From: an uncultured bacterium
GTDB lineage: Bacteria > Babelota > Babeliae > Babelales > JACPOV01
Direction of reading: 5' to 3'
NCBI GenBank assembly: GCA_963744715.1
Contig: CAVUUR010000009.1
Span: 98,766-162,765 of the forward strand
DNA: 64,000 nucleotides
Shown piece by piece: positions 23,022 to 33,598 of the stretch (positions are counted from its first letter, which is position 1; the number at the start of each line of letters is the position of its first letter). A program made the translations under genes and the position numbers. The notes under the pieces were generated by a model. It made no database searches. It had not been told where the DNA came from and saw only the letters and a program-made list of their open reading frames with translations.

Positions 23022-25735
23022 TGTTCCACTACCGTAATGGTACTTCCTTTGGGGCCTTTTTCTATTAAAAAATGTACCGGAAACTGCTCTTTCATTGACG
23101 TTAAGTGTGAGACAATAATAATTTTCGCAAAATTATCCTGTATTTTATGAATGCAATCCATAATATGGGCAATACCTTCTTCATCTTGTGAGCCAAAACC
23201 TTCATCAATAATAAGCGTTTGCAATGAGGTGCCTGCGCGGCGCGCTAATAATTTTGAAATAGCAATACGTAACGCAAAATCAATTCTAAATGCTTCGCCA
23301 CCGGAAAAAAGCTCATATGGGCGAATTCCCATAGGGTCTGATATTTTAATATCCAACGTTTCTTTGGTGCCACCTTTTTTTAAATCACGTAACGATTCAA
23401 TACTGATATGTGCTTGATTATTAGTTAATTGTGCCAGTAATGCATTAGCTTCTTGCTCAATTTCTGGTAATGCATCTTCAATCAATAATGCCTGAATTCC
23501 CTCTTTTCCCAATGCGGTTGCAATCATCTGATAATCATCAATGGTTTCTTGGAGTATGGAATATTTTTTTTGGTATTCATGCATTTCTTGTTCGCGTTGC
23601 AAAATCATTGCGCGTTGTTGTTCAAGACTTCCTTTACGCTGCAGCAATGATTCCTTTTCCTGCACAATAGTGCGTAATTGATTTTTTGTTACGATTTCCT
23701 GCTCTAATTGCACGGATAACGGTTTCTTTTGTTCATCAAGAACCGTTATTTCATGATTAATAGTTTCACGTTCTTTTTTTACTATTCTGAGGGCGCTACA
23801 CAAAGTATGAATATCATCTTTGCGGCGTTGTTGTAGGCTTATATGTTCTTGTAAACGAGAATATTCTTGATACTGTTGTTCAAGGGCAGCCATTTTTTTA
23901 ACCGCCTGTTGATGCTCCTGTTGTTTATAGGATGTTGTTTGTAATGCATTGGTAATGCTATCAAGTTCTTGTTTGAGCAGTTGATAAGTTTGATCATGGT
24001 GATGCGCCTCTTGCGCCTGTTGTTTGAGATTGTTTAGTTGCTCAGTTTCTTGTTTAATGAGCATGTCATGCTGCGAAAGTGTAGTTTGTGCATCAGTATA
24101 TTTTTTTTCAATCTGTTTTTGCGTTTCATTGAGCGTTGCTATTTGTTGTAGTAAATCGGCATGTTTTGTTTGTAGTGTATTATGTTTTTGTGTATTAGCG
24201 CGATGTTGTTCAAGGAGGGCATGATTGGCTACTAATTGTTGCTTGAGCGCCGTTAACACTTTGGTTAAACGACTGCGTTTATGCTGATACGATAGTTCAA
24301 GTTTGCTAAATTTTGCCTGTAAAAAGCGTTTTCGCGATGCTGATAAATTTTGTTCGCATAATGAACAGCTTGGATTATTAATATCTTGTGCCAATTGTTT
24401 TTTGTATTCTAAATTTTCATATTCAGTTTTGATCAGATTTGCTTGTGCCACCCAATGATGATAATAGGTTTTTTCTTTTTCAAAGCGCTGTTCAAGGGTG
24501 TTGTTTTTCTGTAATAAGGTAGTAAGTTCTGCTATGTGCTGTTCATGATCGTGTACTGATTTTTTTGTATCATTATGGTGTGCAATGAGTGCTATTTTTT
24601 GTTGTTCCAGCTCTTTACAGGCATTGATAACGACACTTTTTTCTATTTCTAACCGCTCAATACAGCGTTGTTTTTTTTGAATATCTATCTGGTATTCATC
24701 ATTAATAAATTTGAGGCGTTGCTGTTCTAATTCTTTTTTTAGTAAATATTCTTCTTTAAGTTCCAACGTTTTTTGCAATGTTTGTTGATGATGATCAATG
24801 CTTTTACTGAGAAGTTGTTTTTCTGCGTGTAAAGAATGTACATCGGTTGTTGTTTTTTTTCGGTTAATTAATCGCCATTCATTAAATAGTACCCGTACTT
24901 GTTCTTCTTTAGTTGATTGTTCAGTGATAATTTGATTTTTTTTAAATGCTAAAAGTGCCTCTTGATGTTCATATTCCTGATACTGTTTTCTGAGTATGGC
25001 AAGGTCATCTAATGTTTTTTTGCAGGCACTATTGTGCTTTTCAAGAGCAGCTAATTCACGATCAACATCGGCTAATTGTGGAATGATGGTTTGCGCTGCG
25101 GCCAATTCATTGGTAATGCGTTGTTGTAGTTGGTTAATATGCGTAGAATCGGTGGTTGCTTGTTTTGCTTTATCAAGAGCAATTTTTCGTAGAGCTTCAT
25201 ATTGCTGTAAACTCAAAATAGTTGCTAAAACATCTTTACGTTCTTTGGGTGATTTTTTTGAAAATTCATTGGATTGCCCTTGGCGTAAAAACGCTGAATT
25301 GATAAATGAATCGAAGTCGAGGCCGAGCATAGTTTCTATTTTGTGTTGTGTTGCCCGTATCGTTTTGTCAGTTAATGGGCGTGCTTTGTTATCGTTACTG
25401 GTTTCGATGATAGCAAAATCAAGAACAGCGTACGGTTTGCCATGAGTTTCCGAATATTCACGTTTGATTCGATAAGTTTGGCCATTAAACATAAAATCAA
25501 AAATAACCATCATGTGCGTTTGGCCGAGGCGCAATAATTGTGAATCTGGTTTTGCGGTGCTTGCTATTTTGCGAGCCTGCCCCCATAATGCCCAGGTTAT
25601 GGCATCCAAAAGCGCCGATTTTCCATGACCATTTTTGCCATTTAAACAAATAAGGTTATAAGGCCCAAAATCAATAGTTTGTCCTTGTGGGCCATAGCTG
25701 AGAAAGTTTTTAACGTGTAATTTGAGCGGAATCAT
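23018..25735 (-). CDS. sbcC: SbcC/Rad50-family SMC-like ATPase
   Basis: Walker A GKNGHGKS, Q-loop LRQG, CSLC zinc hook in coiled coil, FSGGE, IIDEGFGSQD, VSH. Confidence 0.88.
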   Translation of the reverse strand: MIPLKLHVKNFLSYGPQGQTIDFGPYNLICLNGKNGHGKSALLDAITWALWGQARKIASTAKPDSQLLRLGQTHMMVIFDFMFNGQTYRIKREYSETHGKPYAVLDFAIIETSNDNKARPLTDKTIRATQHKIETMLGLDFDSFINSAFLRQGQSNEFSKKSPKERKDVLATILSLQQYEALRKIALDKAKQATTDSTHINQLQQRITNELAAAQTIIPQLADVDRELAALEKHNSACKKTLDDLAILRKQYQEYEHQEALLAFKKNQIITEQSTKEEQVRVLFNEWRLINRKKTTTDVHSLHAEKQLLSKSIDHHQQTLQKTLELKEEYLLKKELEQQRLKFINDEYQIDIQKKQRCIERLEIEKSVVINACKELEQQKIALIAHHNDTKKSVHDHEQHIAELTTLLQKNNTLEQRFEKEKTYYHHWVAQANLIKTEYENLEYKKQLAQDINNPSCSLCEQNLSASRKRFLQAKFSKLELSYQHKRSRLTKVLTALKQQLVANHALLEQHRANTQKHNTLQTKHADLLQQIATLNETQKQIEKKYTDAQTTLSQHDMLIKQETEQLNNLKQQAQEAHHHDQTYQLLKQELDSITNALQTTSYKQQEHQQAVKKMAALEQQYQEYSRLQEHISLQQRRKDDIHTLCSALRIVKKERETINHEITVLDEQKKPLSVQLEQEIVTKNQLRTIVQEKESLLQRKGSLEQQRAMILQREQEMHEYQKKYSILQETIDDYQMIATALGKEGIQALLIEDALPEIEQEANALLAQLTNNQAHISIESLRDLKKGGTKETLDIKISDPMGIRPYELFSGGEAFRIDFALRIAISKLLARRAGTSLQTLIIDEGFGSQDEEGIAHIMDCIHKIQDNFAKIIIVSHLTSMKEQFPVHFLIEKGPKGSTITVVEH

Positions 25736-25834
25736 AGAAAGTACGTATCACTTTACAGATTTTTCAACATCTAAACCTGTAGATTAGTGTATAAGAACTT
25801 AGTACGTTAGACAAATAAGAATTATATTTAAAAA

Positions 25835-26644
25835 CTATTTGTATGTGCTTTTATAATAACGTTTTAATTTAAGTAAATATAATTTAAATAAATCATGATC
25901 AATACTATAGGCTTTGCTACCATTTTCATACGTGAAATAAGAATAGCCAGGCAGACCATTGTAGGTTACGGATATTGTTTTTTGTTTTATAATGTTTTGT
26001 CCCACGGCAGTTTTAATCATTTCAGGATTTAAAGCGACTGCTGGGTTTTCTCGAAAGTTTTTTATCAACGTACCGAGAAGATTTGCATTATCTAATTTCC
26101 TGTTTTCTCTAGACAAATTTGTATCGTTATTAAGGAATATGTCTTTTTCGGCAACCACTAAATTTGTTACTAAATGAAGAGGTAATAGTTGTTTTTCTGT
26201 TTCCGGTAATTGTACCGTTAGTACTGGCTCGGCACTGTTTATCGAGTTAGGCTCATTGTCATATGTTTTTAATAGTGCTAAATCATGTTGTGTTGGAAGT
26301 CTTAAAACATTGCTATCATCGAGTGGTAAATTTGCTTCGTATTGTTTTAAAGCTAATTGGGCAATATCATTGAACGGTAAATTTTGCTGTTGTTCATTTT
26401 TGACCGTTTTTCGAGAGCTTTTTGAGCCAAATTGATACATAAAACCGAACATCCCGCATGCTACAGCTATACCAATACCGGTAGTGGCTACATAGCCGGT
26501 ATTTATTTTTGATGAAATATTGCCATACAAACCTGAAAAGGTAGCATGAGTTCGATTTAAGACATCACGCCAATCGGCATGGGCTGATGGTACGCCCATA
26601 GTGGCAATCAACAGGTATAGAGATAATTTTTTAATAAGCTTCAT
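25835..26644 (-). CDS. Hypothetical secreted protein, paralogous N-terminus to 26811..27749
   Basis: MKLIKKLSLYLLIATMGVPSAHA|DWR...THATFSGLYGN plus TM segment. Confidence 0.8.
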   Translation of the reverse strand: MKLIKKLSLYLLIATMGVPSAHADWRDVLNRTHATFSGLYGNISSKINTGYVATTGIGIAVACGMFGFMYQFGSKSSRKTVKNEQQQNLPFNDIAQLALKQYEANLPLDDSNVLRLPTQHDLALLKTYDNEPNSINSAEPVLTVQLPETEKQLLPLHLVTNLVVAEKDIFLNNDTNLSRENRKLDNANLLGTLIKNFRENPAVALNPEMIKTAVGQNIIKQKTISVTYNGLPGYSYFTYENGSKAYSIDHDLFKLYLLKLKRYYKSTYK

Positions 26645-26687
26645 AGTAACCTTCTTGAATTAATGTTAATGCTGATTTATATACCTA

Positions 26688-26715
26688 ATTATACTATAAA
26701 AACTCAATTTGTCAA
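26688..26715 (-). promoter_or_regulatory. Putative sigma70 promoter TTGACA-N16-TATAAT
   Basis: Perfect -35 and -10 hexamers upstream of ATG 26644. Confidence 0.7.
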
Positions 26716-26810
26716 TAATTACTTATGTGTATGAATGCAGGTCAAAATGAGGTTTTTAGGTATAAAAACAGATTTTATGGGGGGGGGGAATTGGCTTGCG
26801 CTACGGATGT

Positions 26811-27749
26811 TTAGGCTTCGAGTATTTCTTTATCGGATGTTGTAATGTATTGTAACGTATAATTTTCACTTGCCTGGTTTTTGTAAATACAAGCCAGCAA
26901 GTTTCCTTGTCGATTAAATAACGTTGTATTCAAGTTAAATGTATGTAAAAGAAAATTATCATTTTTTAAGATACGAGTTAATGGTATCTTATTCTGATTT
27001 AAATCGATTGCTTCCCCTAATTTAATCTTAGCAAGATTGGTAAACGTAATATGGGGTTTGTTAGTAATGTCTTTCCATGCTATTGCTAGATCACCCTTCT
27101 TGGATAAACTACATGAAATAATAGCATCATTATTTGGATTAGTAATGATTGCTTTAAGGGTTTTTTTTGATGTATTTACGCAAATAATGGTATTTGGAGC
27201 ACTCGAATCGGCATACCAAAGTCCATTGAGCATAGATGGTTGTGCATTTTCAATAATATAACCGGAATTACCTACGCAGGGTTTGTTGCCTTTGAGAGTA
27301 TGAGAATTAATAGGGATTTTTTTACCGTTATAACCATATTTTCTTCGTTCTTGTGCTGAAGTTCGCTGTTTTTCCTTAAAAGGTGTTTCTTTGCTCCATT
27401 GTAACGCTATATCTTTAAACTCACCGGGACCGTCATTGACTGCCGGCATGTAAGAAATAATATGCCGTCGCATGTCTGGCGGCAATTTTTCAAAACGTGA
27501 AGCAACTATTTTATCGAAAGGTTTAGGCTTTTTTGCACCAAATCGATACATAAAACCGAGGGTTGCGGCAGCTATTCCTAGCCCAATACTGGTTACTGCC
27601 AAATATTCAGGATTAAATGAAACGTTGCCATACAAGCCCGAAAACGTTGCATGAGTTTGGTTTGCCCATTCACGCCAATCGGCGTGTGCGGATGGTACGC
27701 CAATAGTGGTAATCAACAGGTATAGAGATAATGTTTTGATAAGCTTCAT
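26811..27749 (-). CDS. Secreted protein with F-box-like motif
   Basis: Same N-terminal module as neighbour; FEKLPPDMRRHIISYM resembles the F-box consensus. Confidence 0.7.
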   Translation of the reverse strand: MKLIKTLSLYLLITTIGVPSAHADWREWANQTHATFSGLYGNVSFNPEYLAVTSIGLGIAAATLGFMYRFGAKKPKPFDKIVASRFEKLPPDMRRHIISYMPAVNDGPGEFKDIALQWSKETPFKEKQRTSAQERRKYGYNGKKIPINSHTLKGNKPCVGNSGYIIENAQPSMLNGLWYADSSAPNTIICVNTSKKTLKAIITNPNNDAIISCSLSKKGDLAIAWKDITNKPHITFTNLAKIKLGEAIDLNQNKIPLTRILKNDNFLLHTFNLNTTLFNRQGNLLACIYKNQASENYTLQYITTSDKEILEA

Positions 27750-27764
27750 AGTAACCTATTTTAA

Positions 27765-28361
27765 TTAATCTATATCTGGGTGAGTAAAAGTAGGTTTGGC
27801 GATTGGTCTAAGGTATTTTTCTTTTAAGGGGTTTATGGTTTTTGGTATATTATCCTTCCAGAGGTTTATTGCTTTTGTATTATTATATTGATGATAAGCA
27901 ATCCCACCGGCAACAATGGTAGCAATATCCCGCCATGGAATATCGCGATAGTCATCATTGAGAACCATATAAACAACCGGTAGAAAGGACAAACTAGCGA
28001 ATACCCCAGTAAAGAATCTACTTTTTCTTGCTTCCCAGCGGTTTGCTTTGCGTAGATTTTCTAAATCTTGAGAGATAGTTGTTAAAAAATACTCTACTGC
28101 TGCACCATTTTGTATTTCACTTTTTGATTTACTATTTATTTGTGTAACTTCATGATCTATTTTTTGTGTCAGGTCCACGGTGTTTATTTTTCCAGATAAT
28201 CCATACTGATACCAACGTGGCATAGTACGGTATAAATCTTTTGCCACATCACTTTTCAATTCGGGTTCTTTTTTCAATGAAAGCCACTGCATAGCCTGCA
28301 CATTATTAGTAGTAAAACCGATGAATGCAAGTGCAATTATTGATAATAAAAACTTTTTCAT
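27765..28361 (-). CDS. Hypothetical secreted protein with C-terminal hydrophobic hairpin
   Basis: Signal peptide VQA|M; paralog of 28556..29116 (DLYxxMPRW, EAR, AYxQYN). Confidence 0.78.
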   Translation of the reverse strand: MKKFLLSIIALAFIGFTTNNVQAMQWLSLKKEPELKSDVAKDLYRTMPRWYQYGLSGKINTVDLTQKIDHEVTQINSKSKSEIQNGAAVEYFLTTISQDLENLRKANRWEARKSRFFTGVFASLSFLPVVYMVLNDDYRDIPWRDIATIVAGGIAYHQYNNTKAINLWKDNIPKTINPLKEKYLRPIAKPTFTHPDID

Positions 28362-28402
28362 AGAAAATCCTTAGTATAAAAATAAACTCCACTATATGCA
28401 CA

Positions 28403-28430
28403 AGGATACCAAAAAACGTCAATTTGTCAA
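28403..28430 (-). promoter_or_regulatory. Putative sigma70 promoter TTGACA-N16-TATCCT
   Basis: Homologous to the 26688-26715 element (attattgacaaattga). Confidence 0.55.
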
Positions 28431-28555
28431 TAATTTTTTATCTAGTAATGGCAGGGGGTCTGGCAAGGCTCAATAAGGGGTTTTTAGGTCGGATAAGGTT
28501 AATGGGGGCATATGCGGAACAGGCTTTTTGATGGTTGCAAGAAGATAGCGGGATA

Positions 28556-29116
28556 TTAGTTTTTTAACAACAATGTTTTTGAATTACGAGCTTTGGATAA
28601 TGCATCCATCCAGTTATTTATTGATTTCCTCTTGTTATATTGACGGTAAGCAAAGCCAAAACTAGCAGCGGTGAGGATAACTCTATCCCATGGAATAGTA
28701 TAGGTATAGATCATCTCAAGAATTGGTATACATCCAATGACAAGGCCGGATCCTATAGCAATTTTATTTGCACGCGCTTCCGGTTGTGTAGCGTTAATTA
28801 TAGCACCCAGTTCTTGATGAACCGTTTTTAAATAGCGTTGTACTTCCACCTTTTTTTGTTGTTCGGTAGTATTTCCTGCAGTGTTTATGGTATTAACTTT
28901 CGTTTGTATCGCAGTTTGTATCATAGTTTGTATCTCTTGAATATCTTCTTCATTTTTAATTGATGGAATAGGGCCGGGCCAACGGGGCATCATACTATAC
29001 AAATCCATCGTTATGTCGGTTGTAAGTGTCGTTTTTCCTACTATTTCCATGGCCTGCAGATGAATATTACAACTCACGAATGTAAGAGCAACTATTGATG
29101 ATAAAAATCTTTTCAT
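28556..29116 (-). CDS. Hypothetical secreted protein, paralog of 27765..28361
   Basis: Signal peptide LQA|M; shared motifs. Confidence 0.78.
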   Translation of the reverse strand: MKRFLSSIVALTFVSCNIHLQAMEIVGKTTLTTDITMDLYSMMPRWPGPIPSIKNEEDIQEIQTMIQTAIQTKVNTINTAGNTTEQQKKVEVQRYLKTVHQELGAIINATQPEARANKIAIGSGLVIGCIPILEMIYTYTIPWDRVILTAASFGFAYRQYNKRKSINNWMDALSKARNSKTLLLKN

Positions 29117-29198
29117 AACGACCTTCCCCGTATAAAAAAATGTAATTATGCCTAGTATGCTTTAGTAGAAGGGCAGATTGTCAATAAAATAGTGATAT

Positions 29199-29621
29199 CT
29201 AGAGAGGGAAAAAATCGTTTGGGTATTGTAAAGAAGCACCGTAATGGGTGTTTTTATGTATAAAAAGGCCGCCCTTTTCATTATCGTAGTAATTATCCCA
29301 TATATACAGGGTAAAACCTTGTTCTGGTGGGAATTGATTAGGGGTGTCAACTAAGGTATAAATAGATTGTCCATTGGCGGGAATGGTTGCTTGTGAACAT
29401 ACGCTATTAATAGGGGTATAAAAGCCACGTTTCCAGCTTTTTTGATTGGTTCCATAATCATTCCACATCTGATTACATAGAACCCAATTACTTTGCACAA
29501 TCATAACGACCGGATAACGTTTATTATTTTGAACGATGATGCTTTTTTTTGGTAGTTGTTGTGCCTGGAGAGGCAGAGCGGAAATTATTGTGCAGCATAT
29601 AATCAATTGTACATAGTTCAT
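29199..29621 (-). CDS. Hypothetical secreted protein
   Basis: Signal peptide LQA; weak similarity to 29618..30091. Confidence 0.7.
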   Translation of the reverse strand: MNYVQLIICCTIISALPLQAQQLPKKSIIVQNNKRYPVVMIVQSNWVLCNQMWNDYGTNQKSWKRGFYTPINSVCSQATIPANGQSIYTLVDTPNQFPPEQGFTLYIWDNYYDNEKGGLFIHKNTHYGASLQYPNDFFPL

Positions 29622-30091
29622 CGTGCTTCCTTTACTGTTTTTTGTATATTCATGTCACGTGGGTATACAATAATAGAACGCCATGGAACTTTCGTTAATG
29701 TTCCGGTTGTATTGGTGGTACTATTCCATATTTCAATACTGATATCTTCAATACCCAATAACGGTGCAAGCGGTGGTTGTGGTCTATAGGTTACCGAACC
29801 ATGTGATGAAATTATTGCAGAATAACAGATAGCTTTTGGCTGTGGCGGTGTTAATTTTTCCTTACCGGACGATGCTTTAGCAGAAGCTAATTCTTGTTGT
29901 ACTAAAAACTTATACGTATTTTCTGCAGCTGGATCAAGAATGGGTGAACACCATCTATTATGAATAATCAGAATAACATCATCTGGCGATTCATTGTACA
30001 CGGTAATTGCTTTTTCCATGCTAATGAATGCATTGAGTGCACACGCACAAAGGCTTAAATAGATAATAGTATATATTTTTATGTTTATCAT
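29618..30091 (-). CDS. Hypothetical secreted protein
   Basis: Signal peptide; 4-bp overlap with downstream gene. Confidence 0.7.
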   Translation of the reverse strand: MINIKIYTIIYLSLCACALNAFISMEKAITVYNESPDDVILIIHNRWCSPILDPAAENTYKFLVQQELASAKASSGKEKLTPPQPKAICYSAIISSHGSVTYRPQPPLAPLLGIEDISIEIWNSTTNTTGTLTKVPWRSIIVYPRDMNIQKTVKEAR

Positions 30092-30304
30092 AGGTTTCCT
30101 GCTATTTATTTTCTATAATAATATCAAATATGAAATAACAAAATCAATAAAAGAGCTATAATATCGTGTTTTTCTGTATAATTTATGTAAAATAGTTGAT
30201 TATAGAAGCGGTATAGATACACTACGAGTAGAGATACGTGAGTGGTAGTAACTTTTTCTAATACTTCAATTAAGAATATAAAGAATATAAAGGTAATTAT
30301 CGTG

Positions 30305-31708
30305 ATGGATCACATTTTTAGACAATATGATATTCGAGGTAAAATGGGTTCGGAGCTATTGCTCGAAGACATCCCTCGTATAGGCAAGGCAATTGCCTAT
30401 TATTTTTTACAAAAAAATCCGCACGGTAAAACTATTGCAATAGGTGCCGATGGTAGAATTGATTCTCCTCGTATTAAAGAACTGTTATGTAAAGCTTTGC
30501 AGGAATCCGGATTTAATGTGATATTTATTGGTGTTTGCGCAACCCCAGTACTCTATTTTTCCCTTTTTAATCTTCCGGTTGATGGCGGATTAATGATAAC
30601 GGCTTCTCATAATGGTAAAGAGTATAACGGTATAAAAATTTGTTTAGGCAAAGATTCAATATGGGGCGAGCAGATTCAGGATATTAAGGAGTTAGTGCAT
30701 CGTAATGCCCAGATAACCAATGCAAATAAAGGTTCATATTCTGAATATGCGTTAATTCCGGATTATATTGCATGGATGGCTCAGCACTTTACTCATTTAA
30801 AAAACATAGATCTTTCGATGGTGCTTGATTGTGGCAATGGAGCTGCCGGAACTATTATACCAGATTTAATTAAGGCTATGCAGTGGAAACATGTCAACGT
30901 ACTATATGCTGAGGTTGATGGAACATTTCCTCATCATGAACCCGATCCAACGTTTGAAAAAAATATGCGTGATGTCAAACGTATTGTACAAACTACTGAT
31001 GCAATACTGGGTATAGGGTTTGATGGTGATTGTGACCGCATGGCATGTATGACCAAGCAAGGAGAATTGGTACAAGGGGATAAACTATTAGCACTTTTTA
31101 GTAAAGAAATTTTACAGCACAATCCCGGTGCCACTATTGTTTTTGACGTTAAATGTTCATCCGGATTAATTGAATTACTAGAACAATGGGGAGCAACGGC
31201 GCACATGTCCCCTACGGGGCATTCCATTATTAAAAATCAGATGAAATTGCATCATGCATTACTAGCAGGAGAATTGAGTTGTCATTTCTTTTTCAATGAT
31301 CGTTATTTTGGTTATGATGATGGTGTTTATGCTGCGCTTAGATTAATTGAAATATTGGTACAAACAAAAGAATCATTAGATAGCCTGTTATCAATATTTC
31401 CGCGTAAAATAAATACTCCTGAAATTAAAATTGTATGTAAAGAAGAAGAAAAAAAACCTATTGTTGAGAATATAAAGAATGCTTTTTTACACAAAGCTGG
31501 TGCGTCGGTAAATAGCATCGATGGCGTGCGCGTCACGTTGCCGTACGGCTGGGGAATTTTGCGCGCATCAAATACGCAACCGGTTCTTTGTTTGCGATTT
31601 GAATCGGATTCTGTTGCCGGATTGCAGCACATTCAAGATGATTTTATTATGCTGTTAAAAGAATATTTTCCTGAGCAGTTTTTGCGTCAACAGGTTTATG
31701 ATCAATGA
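30305..31708 (+). CDS. Phosphomannomutase/phosphoglucomutase
   Basis: FRQYDIRG, ITASHN catalytic Ser, FDGDCDR, GELSCH, RASNTQP. Confidence 0.93.
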   Translation: MDHIFRQYDIRGKMGSELLLEDIPRIGKAIAYYFLQKNPHGKTIAIGADGRIDSPRIKELLCKALQESGFNVIFIGVCATPVLYFSLFNLPVDGGLMITASHNGKEYNGIKICLGKDSIWGEQIQDIKELVHRNAQITNANKGSYSEYALIPDYIAWMAQHFTHLKNIDLSMVLDCGNGAAGTIIPDLIKAMQWKHVNVLYAEVDGTFPHHEPDPTFEKNMRDVKRIVQTTDAILGIGFDGDCDRMACMTKQGELVQGDKLLALFSKEILQHNPGATIVFDVKCSSGLIELLEQWGATAHMSPTGHSIIKNQMKLHHALLAGELSCHFFFNDRYFGYDDGVYAALRLIEILVQTKESLDSLLSIFPRKINTPEIKIVCKEEEKKPIVENIKNAFLHKAGASVNSIDGVRVTLPYGWGILRASNTQPVLCLRFESDSVAGLQHIQDDFIMLLKEYFPEQFLRQQVYDQ

Positions 31709-32534
31709 GAGCAATTGGCTTACACCTTCGTATAACAACAACTATTCTTGATCTATTACAGTATGCTATCGATATGCACTTAGATACGTTTCAATGTTTT
31801 TTAATGAATCAAGCTACTAATAATTATATACATTTGACTTCAGGGCAAATAAGGCAATTTTTGGCACTACGAAATCGCTATTTTAAGGATCTTTTTGTGC
31901 ATGGATCTTATTGGATCAATTTGAGCAATAAAGATATGGAAGAAAATCAATATCTTTTGGCCAAAGAATTAACCATCGCAAAAAAATTAGGATTTACGCA
32001 TATGATTTTACATCCGGGTTCTGCCAATGGATGGGAAACGCACCAAGAAGGGGTTGATTGTGTTGTGCGCGTTTTAAATGCGGTGTTAAAACATGAAAAT
32101 GATATAACCATAGTATTGGAAAATACAGCACATGGCAGTAGAGCCATAGGCAGTGATTTGCATGATTTGTTTGCGATACAACAAAAAATAGATTATCCCG
32201 AGAAGATAGCATTTTGTATCGATACGGCGCATGCGTATGCCTTTGGTTATGCAATTGATCAAGAGCAGGGTCATGATGAGTTTATTTCATTAATAGAGCA
32301 CAGTATTGGTTTTGCATCGGTTGCACTAATTCACCTTAATGATACCAAAGAAGAGCGAGGCAGCAAACGAGATAAACATGATGACTTGGGCAAGGGAATA
32401 TTGGCATCGACGCATTAAAACGATTTATAAAACACAAACAATTAGATACTATTCCTATTATTATGGAATTACCAGTTATACCCCAATCAGAACAACATGC
32501 TGTCATTAACATGGTCAGAACGTGGCATAGTTAA
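31705..32534 (+). CDS. nfo: Endonuclease IV (frameshift near 32395)
   Basis: HGSYWINL, HPGS, LENTA, CIDTAH, HLND, RDKH; C-terminus IPIIMELP in another frame. Confidence 0.88.
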
Positions 32535-32550
32535 AAAAGGAGAATTTTTT

Positions 32551-33557
32551 ATGCGTATTGCAATTAATGGGTTTGGGCGGATAGGAAAAACATTTTTGCG
32601 TGTGTTGCTCAATGATAGTTCGGCATCGCGAGATATTGAGGTTGTTGCAATTAATTGTGGGCCAGGAAATATTGACACGTTAGCCTATTTTTTTACGTAT
32701 GATACCTTAATGGGAAAATATCCAGGAACAGTTTCGTTGCAAGATAATTATTTATGTATCGATACTAAAAAAATAGTTATTTTTGCCGAATCCGTTCCAA
32801 CCAGTACCATGTGGAAAGCATTAGATATTGATTGGGTCGTTGATTGTTCCGGTAAATTTACGCATAGGCAAGATGCGCAAAAACATATTGATGCGGGAGC
32901 AAAAGCAGTGTTAATTTCTGCTCCTGCGCATGATGAAGATGTTGCCATTGTTCCCGGTGTTAACGATGCGTTATTTAATCGCAATAAGCATAAGATTGTT
33001 TCATTAGGAAGTTGCACCACGAATGCGTTTATGCCTATGCTAAAAGTGTTATATGAATCATCCGGATTTTCAAGAAGGGTTCATGACCACCGTCCATGCA
33101 TACACCAATTCGCAAGTGTTGTTAGATTTGATGCCATGATAACGATCCAAGAAAATCACGCGCAGCTGCCTTAAATATAATTCCAACAGCGACAGGTGCA
33201 GCCAGTATGATACGTAAAATAATTCCCGCACTGGATGGCAAACTGCAAGCACGTGCGTTGCGTGTTCCGGTAGCAAAAGTATCGCTCGTTGATATTTCCT
33301 TTGAAGCGGATAAACCATTAACCGTTTCAGGGTTTAATGCTGTTTTTAAAAAAGCTGCTCAGAGTACGTTGAAAGGAATTTTAGCTTTTACCATGGATCC
33401 TCTTGTTTCTACTGATTTTAGCGGCAATCCACATTCTGTTATTGTTGATGGCACCATGACCAATGCTATTGGTACGATGGGACATGTATTTGGTTGGTAT
33501 GATAATGAATGGGGTTATAGTGAACGTCTCAAAGATTTTTTGCTTTCAGTGCGATAA
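32551..33557 (+). CDS. gap: Glyceraldehyde-3-phosphate dehydrogenase type I (frameshifted)
   Basis: INGFGRIG, SCTTN, RVP, WYDNEWGYS. Confidence 0.92.
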
Positions 33558-33598
33558 TAATGCTCTATTAGGTATATTAAAAAATTAAGGAATAGATA

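Noticed and set aside
23018-25735. SMC-like ATPase as a Wadjet/Lamassu defence system
   Set aside because: Zinc-hook CxxC and motifs fit SbcC/Rad50; no defence partner genes adjacent
26779-26788. Poly-G tract as phase-variation switch
   Set aside because: Intergenic and about 60 bp upstream of the -35; homopolymer length is unreliable in this assembly
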